DNA from: Auanema rhodensis
Taxonomy: Eukaryota; Animalia; Nematoda
Direction: 5' to 3'
Length of the DNA stretch: 64,000 nucleotides
Assembly (NCBI GenBank): GCA_964057225.1
Contig: OZ059897.1
Location: 6,324,001-6,388,000 of the forward strand
Below the pieces are notes generated by a model. That model had not been told where the DNA came from. It did no database searches and was given only the letters and a program-made list of their open reading frames with translations. The stretch's first letter is position 1. The number at the start of each line of letters is the position of its first letter. Made by a program: the position numbers and the translations under genes. Shown piece after piece: positions 14,362-26,480 of the stretch.

Positions 14362-17300
14362 TTAATAAGCAAACGCTGGGAAATCCATATCAAAGATATT
14401 CTTTGGTTTTGGCGGTCGTCCAATATCAGCCAACTTCACAGTCTCAGCATTTCGGGCTAACAATCGTCCAACAGTTCGGGATAAATCTGAACTATCAGAT
14501 TTGGAAAGAGCTTCCTCACAGCGAACATCGAAAGAACGTCTGACGTCTTCAAGAATAGTTCGAGTAGCTTCCTGTAGAAGGATGTTAGAAATTCGGAAAA
14601 TATATATTTGGATTACTCTTTCTTTTTTCTCTTCTTCAACTAGATCTACAGGAGTATCGGCAAAAGCACGCAGAGCATCAACTGACATAGGGAGACCTGT
14701 TGAATTTTGTTCTGAATAATACAATTTCTCAAATAACTTTGCAGAAATACTTACTAATACCAGCTATGTTCAAAGAAAATACAGTGTTGCGACGACTCTG
14801 CTTTCCGCTTCCCGGAGGGGTCCAATCAAAGGAGAGGTCCACCGACACATCATCAATACCAGCTGAAACAACAATCATTATTTCAAAACAACCTGATATA
14901 ATAACCTGTAGGAAGGGTGGGACTGGTACTGGGACCATCAATTTCATCAGCATCTTCCAAAATGCTAGTAGTAGCTATAGAGAATGGATTGGTTAGTCGC
15001 GAAACATCTTTACCAGTAGACTGTAATAAACAAGGTAATGCCACCAGAAATATATAAAGAAACCTTCAAAGCTTCAGAAATATCGTTCTTGTCAAAAATC
15101 ATTCCGGGGTGTTCCTCAATACCAGCCAAAGTGATGTGCTCTATTTCATTTAATTCTTCTGAGTCATCTTCTAGCAGATTCATTCCAACTGGGCCGCTTT
15201 GAGCTCGTGTACTTACAACCTAAAGAATAAGATGAAAAGTGTCAAATTTCTGAAACATACATGTTGCACATGCTGACAAAGAGCAGGATTTGCCATTAGT
15301 TGAGCAGCCAAATTCATAAATTTAGCAACAAGATTATGAAGAGCCATTCTCTTCTGATCACCCATTTGAACTGATTCATCAAGTGCATAGTTTTGAATAG
15401 CTAAAGCTAAGCGGAAAAGTTCGATGAGAGTCTGGAAAAAATTAAGCTTCAGTTGAGTTAGAGATCAAAGCTTAAAGAAACCTCATCAAATCCAACTTCA
15501 ATACAAATTAAACTCATTGTGCACAAAATAGAATCAACATGAATGTTGATATATTTATCTTCTGCTATTAACCCAACAGCCCTAAAATAAAAATATAATT
15601 TGAAATCTTGAAACTTTAAGATCATACTTGTAAAGCATTTGAGTTATATTATGTGTGTTCTTCCTCATAAACATTTGATCAGCTCTAGAACATTTTTCCA
15701 CTGTTAATTGAACATCTGAGACGTCAATAACATAGGAGAGATGACGCAGATGCAAGAGATTATCGTGTCTAAAGTAATAAAATCGAAAACAATTTCAAAT
15801 TTTTTCAACTTTTACCTATCAAGAAGCGTATGAAATATTTCCTGAGTTCCCAGACGTACTTGTGGATCAGCAACTAAAGCTAATTGTGTCAGAGTAAGCA
15901 AGAATGAGTCAGTGAACACAGTGGCTAGATAAGCAGTGCGATACTTTGTAGCAACCTGAAATAAGTTTGTAAATACAAAGTTTACTTTATATTTCGTTGT
16001 GTCCTTCATATATAGTATAAATGACAAAAAGTAAACAAGAGATATGTTGATTCCATGATAACAAGAAAATAAATTCTGTTCAAAATTTTACCTTGAGCAA
16101 TGTTTTTACAAGTACATGCTGCAAGAACTCATCACCATGTCGACTTCTCTTTTCGTCAAGGGAAGGAATATTACCCACTGTGAACATCATCATTTCAACC
16201 TTAAATTGACAAGCCGATAACATCTGAAAAAAAAACATTCAACTCACTTTTTGATAGTCAGGTAAAGCGTTTGCAAAGTCTCCCATAGCATTGATGAGAG
16301 CATCTTGATACATTTTCTCTGCTGCAAGATCTTTGCACTTTCCTGATCTTTCAAAATCTACAGAAGTTCGTAAATGCTTGAGGAGTGAATTGAAAATAGA
16401 GAGTAGTAAAGGTCCTATGCTAGTTCCAGCAATGGATACAATGTTGGAAAGTACAGTTGCTATTCCGATTCTTATGGAAGCATCAGCAGAGCACATGCTA
16501 TCCAAATGATTGATAAGCTCCTGTATGAATAACATTAGTTATGGCAATGAGACATCAAAATCTGCACCTGAATCACAAAATAACTATTTTGGCTCTGGAT
16601 ACTATAGATAATAGCACGGAAAACATGAATGGCAAATGACGCAGGTGGAACCCATTGCTTATGTAAATCCATGTGCTTTAAGACAGGCTCAATAACAGCT
16701 CTGAGAGATCCGAAAGAAGCCTAAAATGAATTTATTAATAAGATTTACCTAGAAGAATGATCTCACCTTTCCCATTAATTCTCGTAAACAACGATCTGAC
16801 AATAATCGAGGCGATTCATCCCGTCCTGATTCATCAGAAAACGTTCCATCGAATAAGCTGGATGCTCTGGTAGATTCAAAATCATCTGAAATTATTTTAA
16901 GATGTACAATTTATGTGAAAGAGCCTTCAATGATACCTGATTCTTGCAAATTATACAGAATTGAAGGTACAATTTTATCCATATGCTGTTGCTCCCAAAT
17001 ATTAGGATGAAGGTCATCAGTAACAGATTTCCATACCACTCCTTGAAAAGTAACTCGGTTATTCCATAAAAAAAGCCAAATGACTCACCTCGTAATCCTT
17101 TTAAACCTGCTAGACGAATGAGCTTTGATTCTTCACCATAAGGTCCATGACACATTTGAGAAAACTTCGAAATGAAGAAATCATATTGCCTATGATACGA
17201 TGGACTACTTTCTTCGATGTTCGAAAAAGTAACGAAAGAATCAGTTGCCAATTGCTAAATACACGAATACAATAAGAAACAGATGGTACGAAATGAATTA

Positions 17301-17738
17301 ACCTCCATTTTAGAGCTTCCTGATTCCAGTAACTTCTGAACCATTTTGAGATGATTCTCGCTAAACTGTGGAAGACTAGGTGAGCTATGACACGATTGAA
17401 GCAATTGGTCCATTGCCTCAACAGCAATCTAAGTGCGTAATAGTGATAAAATATTGTTTTCATTGCGAAATTACCTTCACTTGAACAAGCCTCTGGCGGC
17501 TTAAATCACGCGCAAGTCTCAAAACTAAGTATTCTCCTATTCTTTCAAGTTTTTCAGGATGGGATATAGCGTAAAAGGTGAGTTTCTGCATGTTAGCAGA
17601 AATTAAACCCTCAGTTATAGCCCGAGGGTATATAGAATCAACAAGGCGCCGATATCTAAAACAATAAGCAATACTTCAAATTGAGAATAAAAAGTTATAC
17701 CTTGGTTTGCATGGCGTACAGCAACATAAACCGTTCAT
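14362..17738 (-). CDS. efr-3: EFR3 homolog (plasma-membrane anchor of the PI4KIII-alpha complex)
   Basis: N-terminus MNGLCCCTPCKPRY (palmitoylation Cys cluster); EESSPSYHRQYDFFISKFSQMCH; IGPLLLSIFNSLLKHLRTSVD; ALINAMGDFANALPDYQK; C-terminus NIFDMDFPAFAY*. Multi-exon. Confidence 0.95.
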
Positions 17739-18305
17739 ATCAGCACTTTTCTTCAATTCTCTCCAACCAGAAAGGCAACAAACAGTTTCCAAATCGAAGA
17801 GATTTAATAAAATACTTCGTGGAAGAGGAGGGGGGTCCTGCTCACGTTCTTCCTGGCCCCGTACGCAAGCTGCGCACTCGAACTGAGAATACATAGTGTT
17901 AACATGCGTGAAGAAACAAATAAATATGTAGAAATTTGTGAATAGCACCCAACAAGGTTATAGTTATCTGTGTATGTTGATCATTTAAATTGAATGGAAA
18001 TATGAGCGAAATATAGGCGTTGAAGTTTACCAACCTATTGCCGAAGCGTTAGTCGGCTTTGCGAGCGCAGGGCCAAACTTAGGATGGGCTGATATATGCT
18101 TCGTTGGGGGAGAGAAAAGTGAATGGTCAGATATTCATCACGGGAAATAGGGGAACTAAGCCACAGACATTGACGGGGAGTACTAATGTTGTTGAAGGCT
18201 GGTGGCCTCGTCAACAGCCCAAAACCACGGCGCGACGGACGAAGAAACGCTTTTTTGCTAGTCTTCGAGATATCTTTAGAACAGCGGCCGACTATGCATC
18301 GATCT
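17739..18305 (-). promoter_or_regulatory. GC-rich, structured, probably spliced 5' leader of efr-3 (intron 17883-18034)
   Basis: GC content far above background; donor AG|GTTGGT at 18034 and acceptor TTCTCAG at 17883; complementary segments on either side of the intron; short uORFs. Confidence 0.5.
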
Positions 18306-18436
18306 AGTAGTTGCACACACTCATGTGGAAAATCCAAACACACACACACACAACCTCCCATAATTAAGCAATCGTTTGTCTTACTTAACACCCAGTCGAA
18401 AGGTTTCTTATTAAATAATTGAACTAATAGCACAAA

Positions 18437-18723
18437 ATGGCGAGAGCTCGGATGTATAGTGGTTATACGATATTTTCTCGCTTATATGCAATAGGGATTC
18501 AATTTTCAATCATAAAACGCTTTGTTTTGGTGATGCTATCAATCTGTCTGCCATCAATTCATGTAGAAACTGGATGAAGCCTTATACATCATACAATTTA
18601 AGACAGCTGATAACTATTGCCTTTCAGAAAAAAAAATTCGGCAAGCATCGGCAAAAATGTTTAAATCATGATTTTCACGATGAACGTATATTATTGATGA
18701 AAATGATTAAAAGAAATTTATAA
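18437..18723 (+). CDS. Candidate orphan small protein (81 aa, 2 exons; 3' structure uncertain)
   Basis: AAAATGG start context after an AATAG acceptor-like site, 41-nt GT-AG intron at 18454-18494, then a 75-codon open frame. No recognisable homology. Confidence 0.3.
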
Positions 18724-19301
18724 AGGATGCAACAACACTTAAAACGAGCACAAGCTGCGATAGTACTAGTCTTCTAGAAAACAGGATCAATATACTTCCT
18801 CTTGGTATTTTTCACGGACAATGAGTTAAAACCTACACATGCACATCTTAAATTACTTATCGAAACAGGCTCGGTTTCAAGCCTAGGACGTGTAACAGGC
18901 ATTCATAAATGTCAATACTATTTTCTAGTAAATTTGGAATTCATATTCGCGTATCAAATCGCCGATAAGAGCATTAAAATCGAACTATACCGAACAATTG
19001 ACCGAAACAAGAACATTTTAACTATCATGAAACAACACAGATAAGCTTATAATTAAAGTCAGGAGCCAGCGAACAGATATTTAATGGGAATAAACCACAT
19101 GTATACGAGGACATACAAAGTAAATGCAATTCAAATTTTATTAAATAGGGTATCTTGTAGCAGAAAATGCGTTGCGATATGATATATATTTATATATAAA
19201 CTCTAATAGAAATCTCTTATTTTTTGGACCATTAAATAATTTTTAATGGCCTAATCTCAGTTCTATGTATATGAGGCAGTTGAAGTTTTGTATTTATACA
19301 T

Positions 19302-20430
19302 TTAGCACCATTCTTTCAGAACCTCCCAACGATCAGCAGGAGGTTTTCCGAAAAAATTGACCTGAACGTCGGAATACCGTCGTTTGGGACGTCCAAAATC
19401 TCTGAATAAAAAATGTATTTGTTTTGCAGGCGGGAGTTGTGGTACCTGAATCCCGAATCTTTCCACGAATAATTGAATTTTTCTAGTGCCATCCGGATTT
19501 CATCATCAGAGGAGAGAATGGATTTAGGAAGAATGGGTTCAAATCTTATTTTGATATTGGGAAAGAGAAACACACAGCGGAATGCAAAATGTCCACCATA
19601 CACTGGATGCAAACTCAGGCCAATGAATTTCTGCAAAAAAATTAATAAGTTGAAAAAAACAAGTTATCGCTAACCAATTTACTATCCATTCGACCCTGGG
19701 GTGGCCAATCTTCTTTCTCAACATGTTTTGGTTGATAGTAAAAAGCTGCCCCTGAATCAGAAGCAGTCACAATCTAAATTCTTTTGAAACATACATGCTA
19801 AACAATACAAATACTTCAAGCAATGTTAAATACCTATGCGATAAATTTTGTTTAAAGATCGACACAGACAATTTCACAGATTTGGTAAGAACAACAGTTT
19901 ACTCACCGCTGACATGTCCGCAGGTTTGTACAAGAATTTTCGGTCTTCGAGTGGGCGTCATGGAATAATCATGATAAAGTTCATATGGCACTTGAATTTT
20001 CTAAATTATGTATATTTATATAACAATTGTTTTGATAAAATCACCTTTTCAACTTCACGAAGACGATTCGTCATAAATTCTTGAATAGGAGAAGAAACTT
20101 CTTCGGCGAGCGTTTCAAGTGATCCAAGCTGAATACAAATATTAAAGTTCATCAACACTATTGTACCTGTTTTAATTTTTCTTGGAACCATCTTTTGAAA
20201 GACACATCAAACATCAATGGTGTGCTAAGTATAACAATTCCTGCTGCATCCGGATCAAATTTGAGTTTGAAATCGTCTCCTACTGAATTATTATAGCTAT
20301 CAACCTAAATACTTAAAAATCATTTTGGTAACTACAGTCAAGAGCAAACCGAGAAAACATAAGATTCAAATCCATCATCAGTGCCTAGATCAGTATCAAT
20401 TATATCCTTTATCGCCTCAATAGTAGACAT
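19302..20430 (-). CDS. cblc-1: MMACHC/CblC cobalamin-processing enzyme
   Basis: [69 protein letters not shown]...RYS...FFGKPPADRW. Confidence 0.95.
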
Positions 20431-20644
20431 ATCTAAAACGAGTAATTTAATAATTACATAATGAAAAAAATCTACAAAAAATGAAGGTGAAAAACCATAT
20501 GAAATAAACAAACAGAACAAACAATAACGAGTTTCATTGCGTAGTGAAAAAGATAAGAATATACAAATATAAAAACAAAATTCAAAACCGTTTCAACTTG
20601 ATAAGAACGAGATCAAATAAATTATTTAAAATGTTATAGTAACA

Positions 20645-21871
20645 CTATTTTGGACTCTCATCGTCACTACTTGAACTCGAACTACTTCCACTACTCATTT
20701 GTTCTACAGTTTTGATTGTAGGAGCCATCCTTGGAGCAACCCCACTAACAGTCACACTGGGAGACGTAAGGCGTGGAGAATTCTGATTAAGGAATAAAAG
20801 AAGAAGAATACTACGCAATATCAAACCTGTTTTTGTCCCCATTGGAAGGGTGACGTCTCAGGCCTAGCATTCCAACCCATGGTAGGAGTACCTCTGCCTC
20901 TTGGAGATGATGTCGTTTGCTGATATCTATAATATTTGTGGTCAGATCTAGATCACCTGACCTAACTGACCCAAATCTTGGACTTCCATTGCCTGCCCAT
21001 TTTGGTTGAGCCATATTGGTCATAGGAGAGGTGCCACTACCTCTACCAAGAGCAACGGGTGGGGTTCGGATCGGGGCATAAAACCATTCACATATTGAAA
21101 CGTACAAAATATTATAAGCCTACTTGTCCTGTACTTGGTTGCCGTAATAAATTGATAGGAGGTGCCTGATGAGCTGAGCGTGGAGCTGATAATTGTGAAT
21201 TTCGAAGTTCAGGTTCTGTTGGAAAGGGTCTTGATGGGTCTCCTGAAACGACAATACAACATCAGTGCAAAGAACTAAACACGAATACCTTGCTGCCAGA
21301 ATAATGGAGCAGCCACAGAATAACTTTTACTGATTTGATGGGCGAATCGTACGACTTCTTCACTATCAATGGGGTGAGCTTCAGACATTCGTACAGAATG
21401 TAGCTTTTTATTAGCCTTAAAATTATAATTATTCGAGATAAGTTTTAAGTACATACTTGGAAAACAGCGGCAGTTAAAGCAACTTCGGCTACTTTTAAAT
21501 TTGCTTCTAAATTTTCAATGACTTCATTTCTGTTCTCTACACATTCTTGCAAGCTTCGAATAAGATTTTCTCTTTCTTGTACTTGTGCAACTGCGAAAAA
21601 AAAACATTTTTACAAAATACTGATGTCATTGGTATACCTTTTTCTAGCATTCGTTTCATGTATTGTTGTTTAGACTCAAAAAGTTGTACCAAATGGGCCA
21701 TTGATTCGACTCCTTTGTGATGTTTATCTCTGTGTAACAGAGATTCAATTATCTAAGTAAGATTATTATGTTCAGGTCTATATTTTTCATTCTCACCTGT
21801 TTTGTTATGCTTTCCAAATCGTCCACTGCTTCCAACAAACATTCACGCAAACTTCTTCCAAGATCAGTCAT
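20645..21871 (-). CDS. mdt-4: Mediator subunit MED4
   Basis: SLRECLLEAVDDLE; coiled coil; SEEVVRFAHQISKSYSVAAPLFWQQGDPSRPFPTEPELR; acidic/Ser tail MSSGSSSSSSSDDESPK*. Confidence 0.93.
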
Positions 21872-22088
21872 TATATCTGGTTTACTTTCAAACTATTTAA
21901 CTAAATTTCGGATAAGTTTTAGACGACTAGTTGCTTTGAGCTTGTCGATTGAAACAGAAAATCACGAATAATTAAGCTAAGCGGACAATAATATTATACG
22001 TAAGTGGCGTACGTAAAAAATCGTCGAACTAAAAAGGGCAATAACCAATGGGTAACATAAAACATGATAGGTTGCTGATAAGCTAAAG

Positions 22089-22202
22089 AAATGTTGAACA
22101 TATACATGAGATGAATCGTCCGATTGATATCGTTTATAACAAAGAACGTATAGAGTAGAAAGTTCACCCAACATATAACCTTCACACTTAAGAAATTCTT
22201 TT
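22089..22202 (-). ncRNA. Possible H/ACA snoRNA in a 127-nt intron upstream of mdt-4
   Basis: Hairpin with internal loop (AAGAAU/GUUCUU lower stem, GAAGGUU/AACUUUC upper stem), A-rich hinge, weaker second hairpin, and ACA just before the acceptor. Confidence 0.3.
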
Positions 22203-23103
22203 TTTTTACCTTGAATGTTATCAAATTGTGATAAGATCTGAAAAAAAAAAGAATAATTAGAACGCTCAAAATACAACAAATTATAAAGATCAAAAATTTC
22301 AATCAACTGTTCTGTGCATTCAAAATTTAAAAATTATTTAATTTGGCGTACTTCACGTGAGATTATGCTAATTGCGTGGTTCAAACGTTTGTTTTGATTG
22401 AAATAAGCATGAAGCAATAGGCTATATCCGATTCACTGTTTTGAAAAAAAAACTTACATTATTGTCTGGAATCCTTTCTAATATCATTGTTTTTGGTAGA
22501 GGATCTGAGTTGTATTGATATAGAAAGCATTCTACTTGATGAAAGAAAACCTATGAGATTCAGTCGTTTTAACACAAGTTTTGTATTTGTTACAGGAATA
22601 TCTGCTACACATTTATTTCCAACCTAAGGTTAGAAAGTGAAAAAAAGTGGATTTCCCCTTTAATACCAATTGCTTCGTAGCTGTGGCAGAAACAGTTGTT
22701 TCAATAAGAAATAGGAGAATTCCTGCACGTAGGAGCAACATTCTCAGCCTGATACAGACTGAAATGCTGCGGAGCTATTGAATTCAAGCCTGAGACCGAT
22801 ATTATATTCGCCTGAAGTTTTATAATATCCTGGGAATGACTATCAATTTGATCATTTAAAACTTTTTATAGTTTGGGAATATCACTATACGCATAAAGTT
22901 TGAAGTTTAGCTTTTCAATAACATGACAATGTGTTTGGTTAACAAATTTATTCAATGAAAATAAAGATAATAAAAACATTGTTTTGAAAATAATTTTTCC
23001 CGTAGATCATTGATGAATCAGCATAAGAAAGTATAACAGAGATCGTATAAAAGTTTGTTGATAGATAAGAAAATGGTTTCATATAAAACCGATGTTATTA
23101 TTA

Positions 23104-25214
23104 TTATAATTCACTACTACGTCGTAGCATTTTTTCTTCGTCATCTCCTAAATCAAGCAGAGATGGAATTGTTTCATTCATCAGAACTGCTGAAATACAA
23201 GTACTTTAGAAACTGATATTTAAAGAAATGTATGTTCATTTTGTATATTTAATACCCACCATCTTTCGATCTATCCGAAATTCCCCCTTCAATTATGCGT
23301 ATTTTGGTAGGTCTAGTAGACTTATCGTATATGAATAGTGCCAAATAAACTCCGTTGAATCCGAACTGTGAATAATAGAGGAGCTGAAAATATATAATAT
23401 TTGTTTTTATAGAATGTGAATCAGCCATTTAACCAAGAAAAATAAAAAAGAATAATGTTTTGAAAGTTTCGCAAAAAATTAATATTTGCATGATGTTCGC
23501 TCATACATACCTTTGCTAAACAGTTGTAAATATAATAAGCATCGCTATTAGATTGCTTGATTATCCCCAGAATTACACCAATACGAGATAAATTATCCGG
23601 AGCATTAAGTCCGATATCGATCAGAGCAAAAGCAAGCCATCTCCAGAGAAACTGATTAGATTTCTGCAAAAAAAATGTTTTTATTAACTGATGGTTTTGT
23701 CTTTCCTTGAAAACGTACATGCCCCCTATGTGAGACGTTCTTACGAATCGGTTGATGCTTGTTTCGTCTTTGGAAATGGTAACGAAGCCCGAAAAGTACG
23801 GATGCATCCACGTAAATAATTGTCAAGGTCGGAATTATAAAGGATCTGAAGTACTGAATTGTAAAAAATTGAAGATTTGAGATATATAGTTACCCAATTG
23901 ATTCTAACAGAAGAAAGCCTTTACTGATAAGCTTAGAGTTTGCAACAGTAGTGATTGTACATCCACCCTAAAAGTATCATTTAACAGATTCAGATATGTT
24001 TTTTGTGGCATAGCTAAGCTTTTTTATATTTGTTAATTATTTCGATCACATGAATATAGTGTAATAAGACAAGAACACCTACATGTGGATCATTTATGAC
24101 AGCTGCCCAAAGCCACAAGTTGAACATACATGCAAAACAGACAACTAACATCATAACCTGCAATAAGAAAATTTTTTTTTTGCTCTACTCCTCTATGATA
24201 ATTCATGCAAAAATAGAGAAAAAAATATTCACTTTGCATGGTAATTTCCAAAGTCTCAAATAAAATAGTGGATGATAAACGGACAGGTAACGTAAAGTTG
24301 ACATAAGAAGCCAACTCCATATGGAAATGTATGTCGACATGTGCATAGAGAATAAAGTCACCTGGGTGAAAAAAAAAGTTAATACATGTTCTATATATAG
24401 ATATTTCATACTTTGCAAACGATATGCATAGTCATTGATGGCACATAATCTGTGATTGTATATGTTTCTGTTGTAATTGATAGTGCATAATGAACCGTAA
24501 TGGATAACAATGAGACAATATCAGCAATCGCCATGACATAGAGACATAATCCAGCGCCATTACTGTAAGAAAAAAAAATGTTTCAACGCTTTGTATGCTT
24601 CTTTGATCTCATTCTCTCTTCTCTTTTTTTTCCCAGCTAATTAGAGTCCCAAAAGGCTGACTTGAAAATGTACTTTTTTCCTCATTCATTCTGTGTCAAT
24701 TTGTAAAATGGTTATAATTTATAGGAAGAATGACACTAATCAATTACTTCAATTGAGAGGAAACAAGTTTGAAACTATTTTAACAATGCCAGCCCATTAA
24801 TCATAAGATAATATATTCATCACAAGTTTGCACATACATACAACTTGTCCAGTCCCCCAAGATACACATATACATGATATCTGCATATGAAAAAGGAAAA
24901 TGAGCGAGCTTCAAGTCGAAATGTTCTGACGACATTACATGAAAAGTTCATCAGCGAACAAGATTGATGATGAATATTAGCTAAGTATGCCAATTTTTCG
25001 TCTGCTTTCTTCTTTTTCTGATAAAACGTTCGAATAAATTTACTTACTTGTATAGGTCTTTACATTTTCTGGAAAGTCGACTCATTCGAATCAAGACAAA
25101 GATGTTACATGGAATTCCTAACAATACAGTTGCCGCATAAAGCACATAAGCGCATATTGTCACAGTTACAACTAAATCTGAGTCTGTCTGTGATGTATCG
25201 AGACTATTATTCAT
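23104..25214 (-). CDS. Rhodopsin-like (class A) 7TM GPCR
   Basis: TM1 ...ATVLLGIPCNIFVL; TM2 LYVMAIADIVSL; TM3 CK...SIWSWLLMSTLRYLSVYHP (LRY variant of DRY); TM5 SFIIPTLTII; TM6 LAFALIDIGLNAP; TM7 LYYSQFGFN; ends RRSSEL*. Confidence 0.85.
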
Positions 25215-26441
25215 TTCTGAAATCAAAAATAGAAACTTGCATGTATGTATCTATGTATGTATATACAAATGCATTTCAAGAAAAACAAAAAAAAAGAGAA
25301 AAAAAAAAGAAAAGAAAGAACGGATAATGATATAAAAACAAGGAAATAAATAATCAGTACCTTACGGAAGTTTCATAATTAAATATTATACTAACTTAGC
25401 ATTTTTTTCTATATCGTATTTCTATATTTCAATTGATTTTCTTATAAAAGCGTTTCGAAAAAAGGTTAAAATGACAAAGAATTGAGAGAAAAAGATCAAA
25501 AGAACCACATATTTCGTACTTATAAGATCAGCATTTGGAAACTAACATCTGCTACATGTAATTGTTGATATTGGTTTCCGTTTCCAAACCTTTTCGTTAT
25601 CTTAGCAGCCAATCATAGGAACTGCCTTGGATGATGATGTCGTGCAAGCGTTTGATCACAAATCAACTTTCCTCAATAATTCTCAAAAAAATTCGAGTGC
25701 TTCATATTTTTGATTCCGCTTCACTTGTAGATATGATTGTTGAGACATAAGTAGTAATGAAGATATTAAAAAAATCTGAACAACAGTTCAATTTGTGAAT
25801 GAGAAAATAGAAAAAAAAGAATTTTTTAGCAATAGAAAAAATAATGTTTGACTAGAATATTTCAATTTAAATATACGAAACTGAAGAAGAAAATTACGAT
25901 TCAAAAATTGTATGACGATATCAGCCCTCTCCAATCTCTGTTTCAGTTCTCATGGCTGTGATGAAGTGTCGGTATTTTGCCAAGTTTTAACTTCATGAGA
26001 CCTTTTGGCTCAGTAAAATAAGATCTATTCTATGTTATAGAAATTATTCCGGAATAGAAAAAATGTAGATAAAGGAGCGGCCTCTCAAGAACAAAATCTA
26101 CTTACTTCCGGAAAAAAAGGCGCCTAATTACGCAACAAAAATGTCGAACAAAAAATTTCAGAAGAAGAAGCTAAAGATATAAGATATGTTGAACGTGGTT
26201 TTCTTTTTTCTTTGCAAACTGAAATTTATGCATGAATGATCCAAGAAAAACATGTCTTAACAAATTATCTTTCATTTAATATGAGGATTACGTTTATGTA
26301 CTCGGAAATTTTAATAAAATAAGTTCATAAAAAAGTTAAAAACATCCTTAAAGCGAGAAGAAAAGGAAGGGAAATTCAGCAGACTGCGCACCCTGATTCG
26401 CAAATTCGTACATGTGTTTTCAACTGTTATATATTCTCACT

Positions 26442-26444
<3 letters not shown>

Positions 26445-26480
<36 letters not shown>
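26445..26480. repeat. (CT)n microsatellite
   Basis: ctctct run. Confidence 0.8.

Noticed and set aside
16201-16247. In-frame alternative acceptor TTTTCAG in efr-3
   Set aside because: It would leave an intron of only about 25 nt, below the observed size range.
18156-18162. CTAAGCC as a telomerase RNA template for TTAGGC
   Set aside because: Only 7 nt (barely one repeat) and predicted to lie within a stem.
18043-18183. Short words reminiscent of bacterial 16S rRNA (AAGCGTTAGTCGG, GCGAGCGCAGG, ATTGACGGGG, GGGGAGTAC)
   Set aside because: Spacing and order are not collinear with 16S and the intervening sequence does not match; treated as coincidence unless BLASTN shows otherwise.
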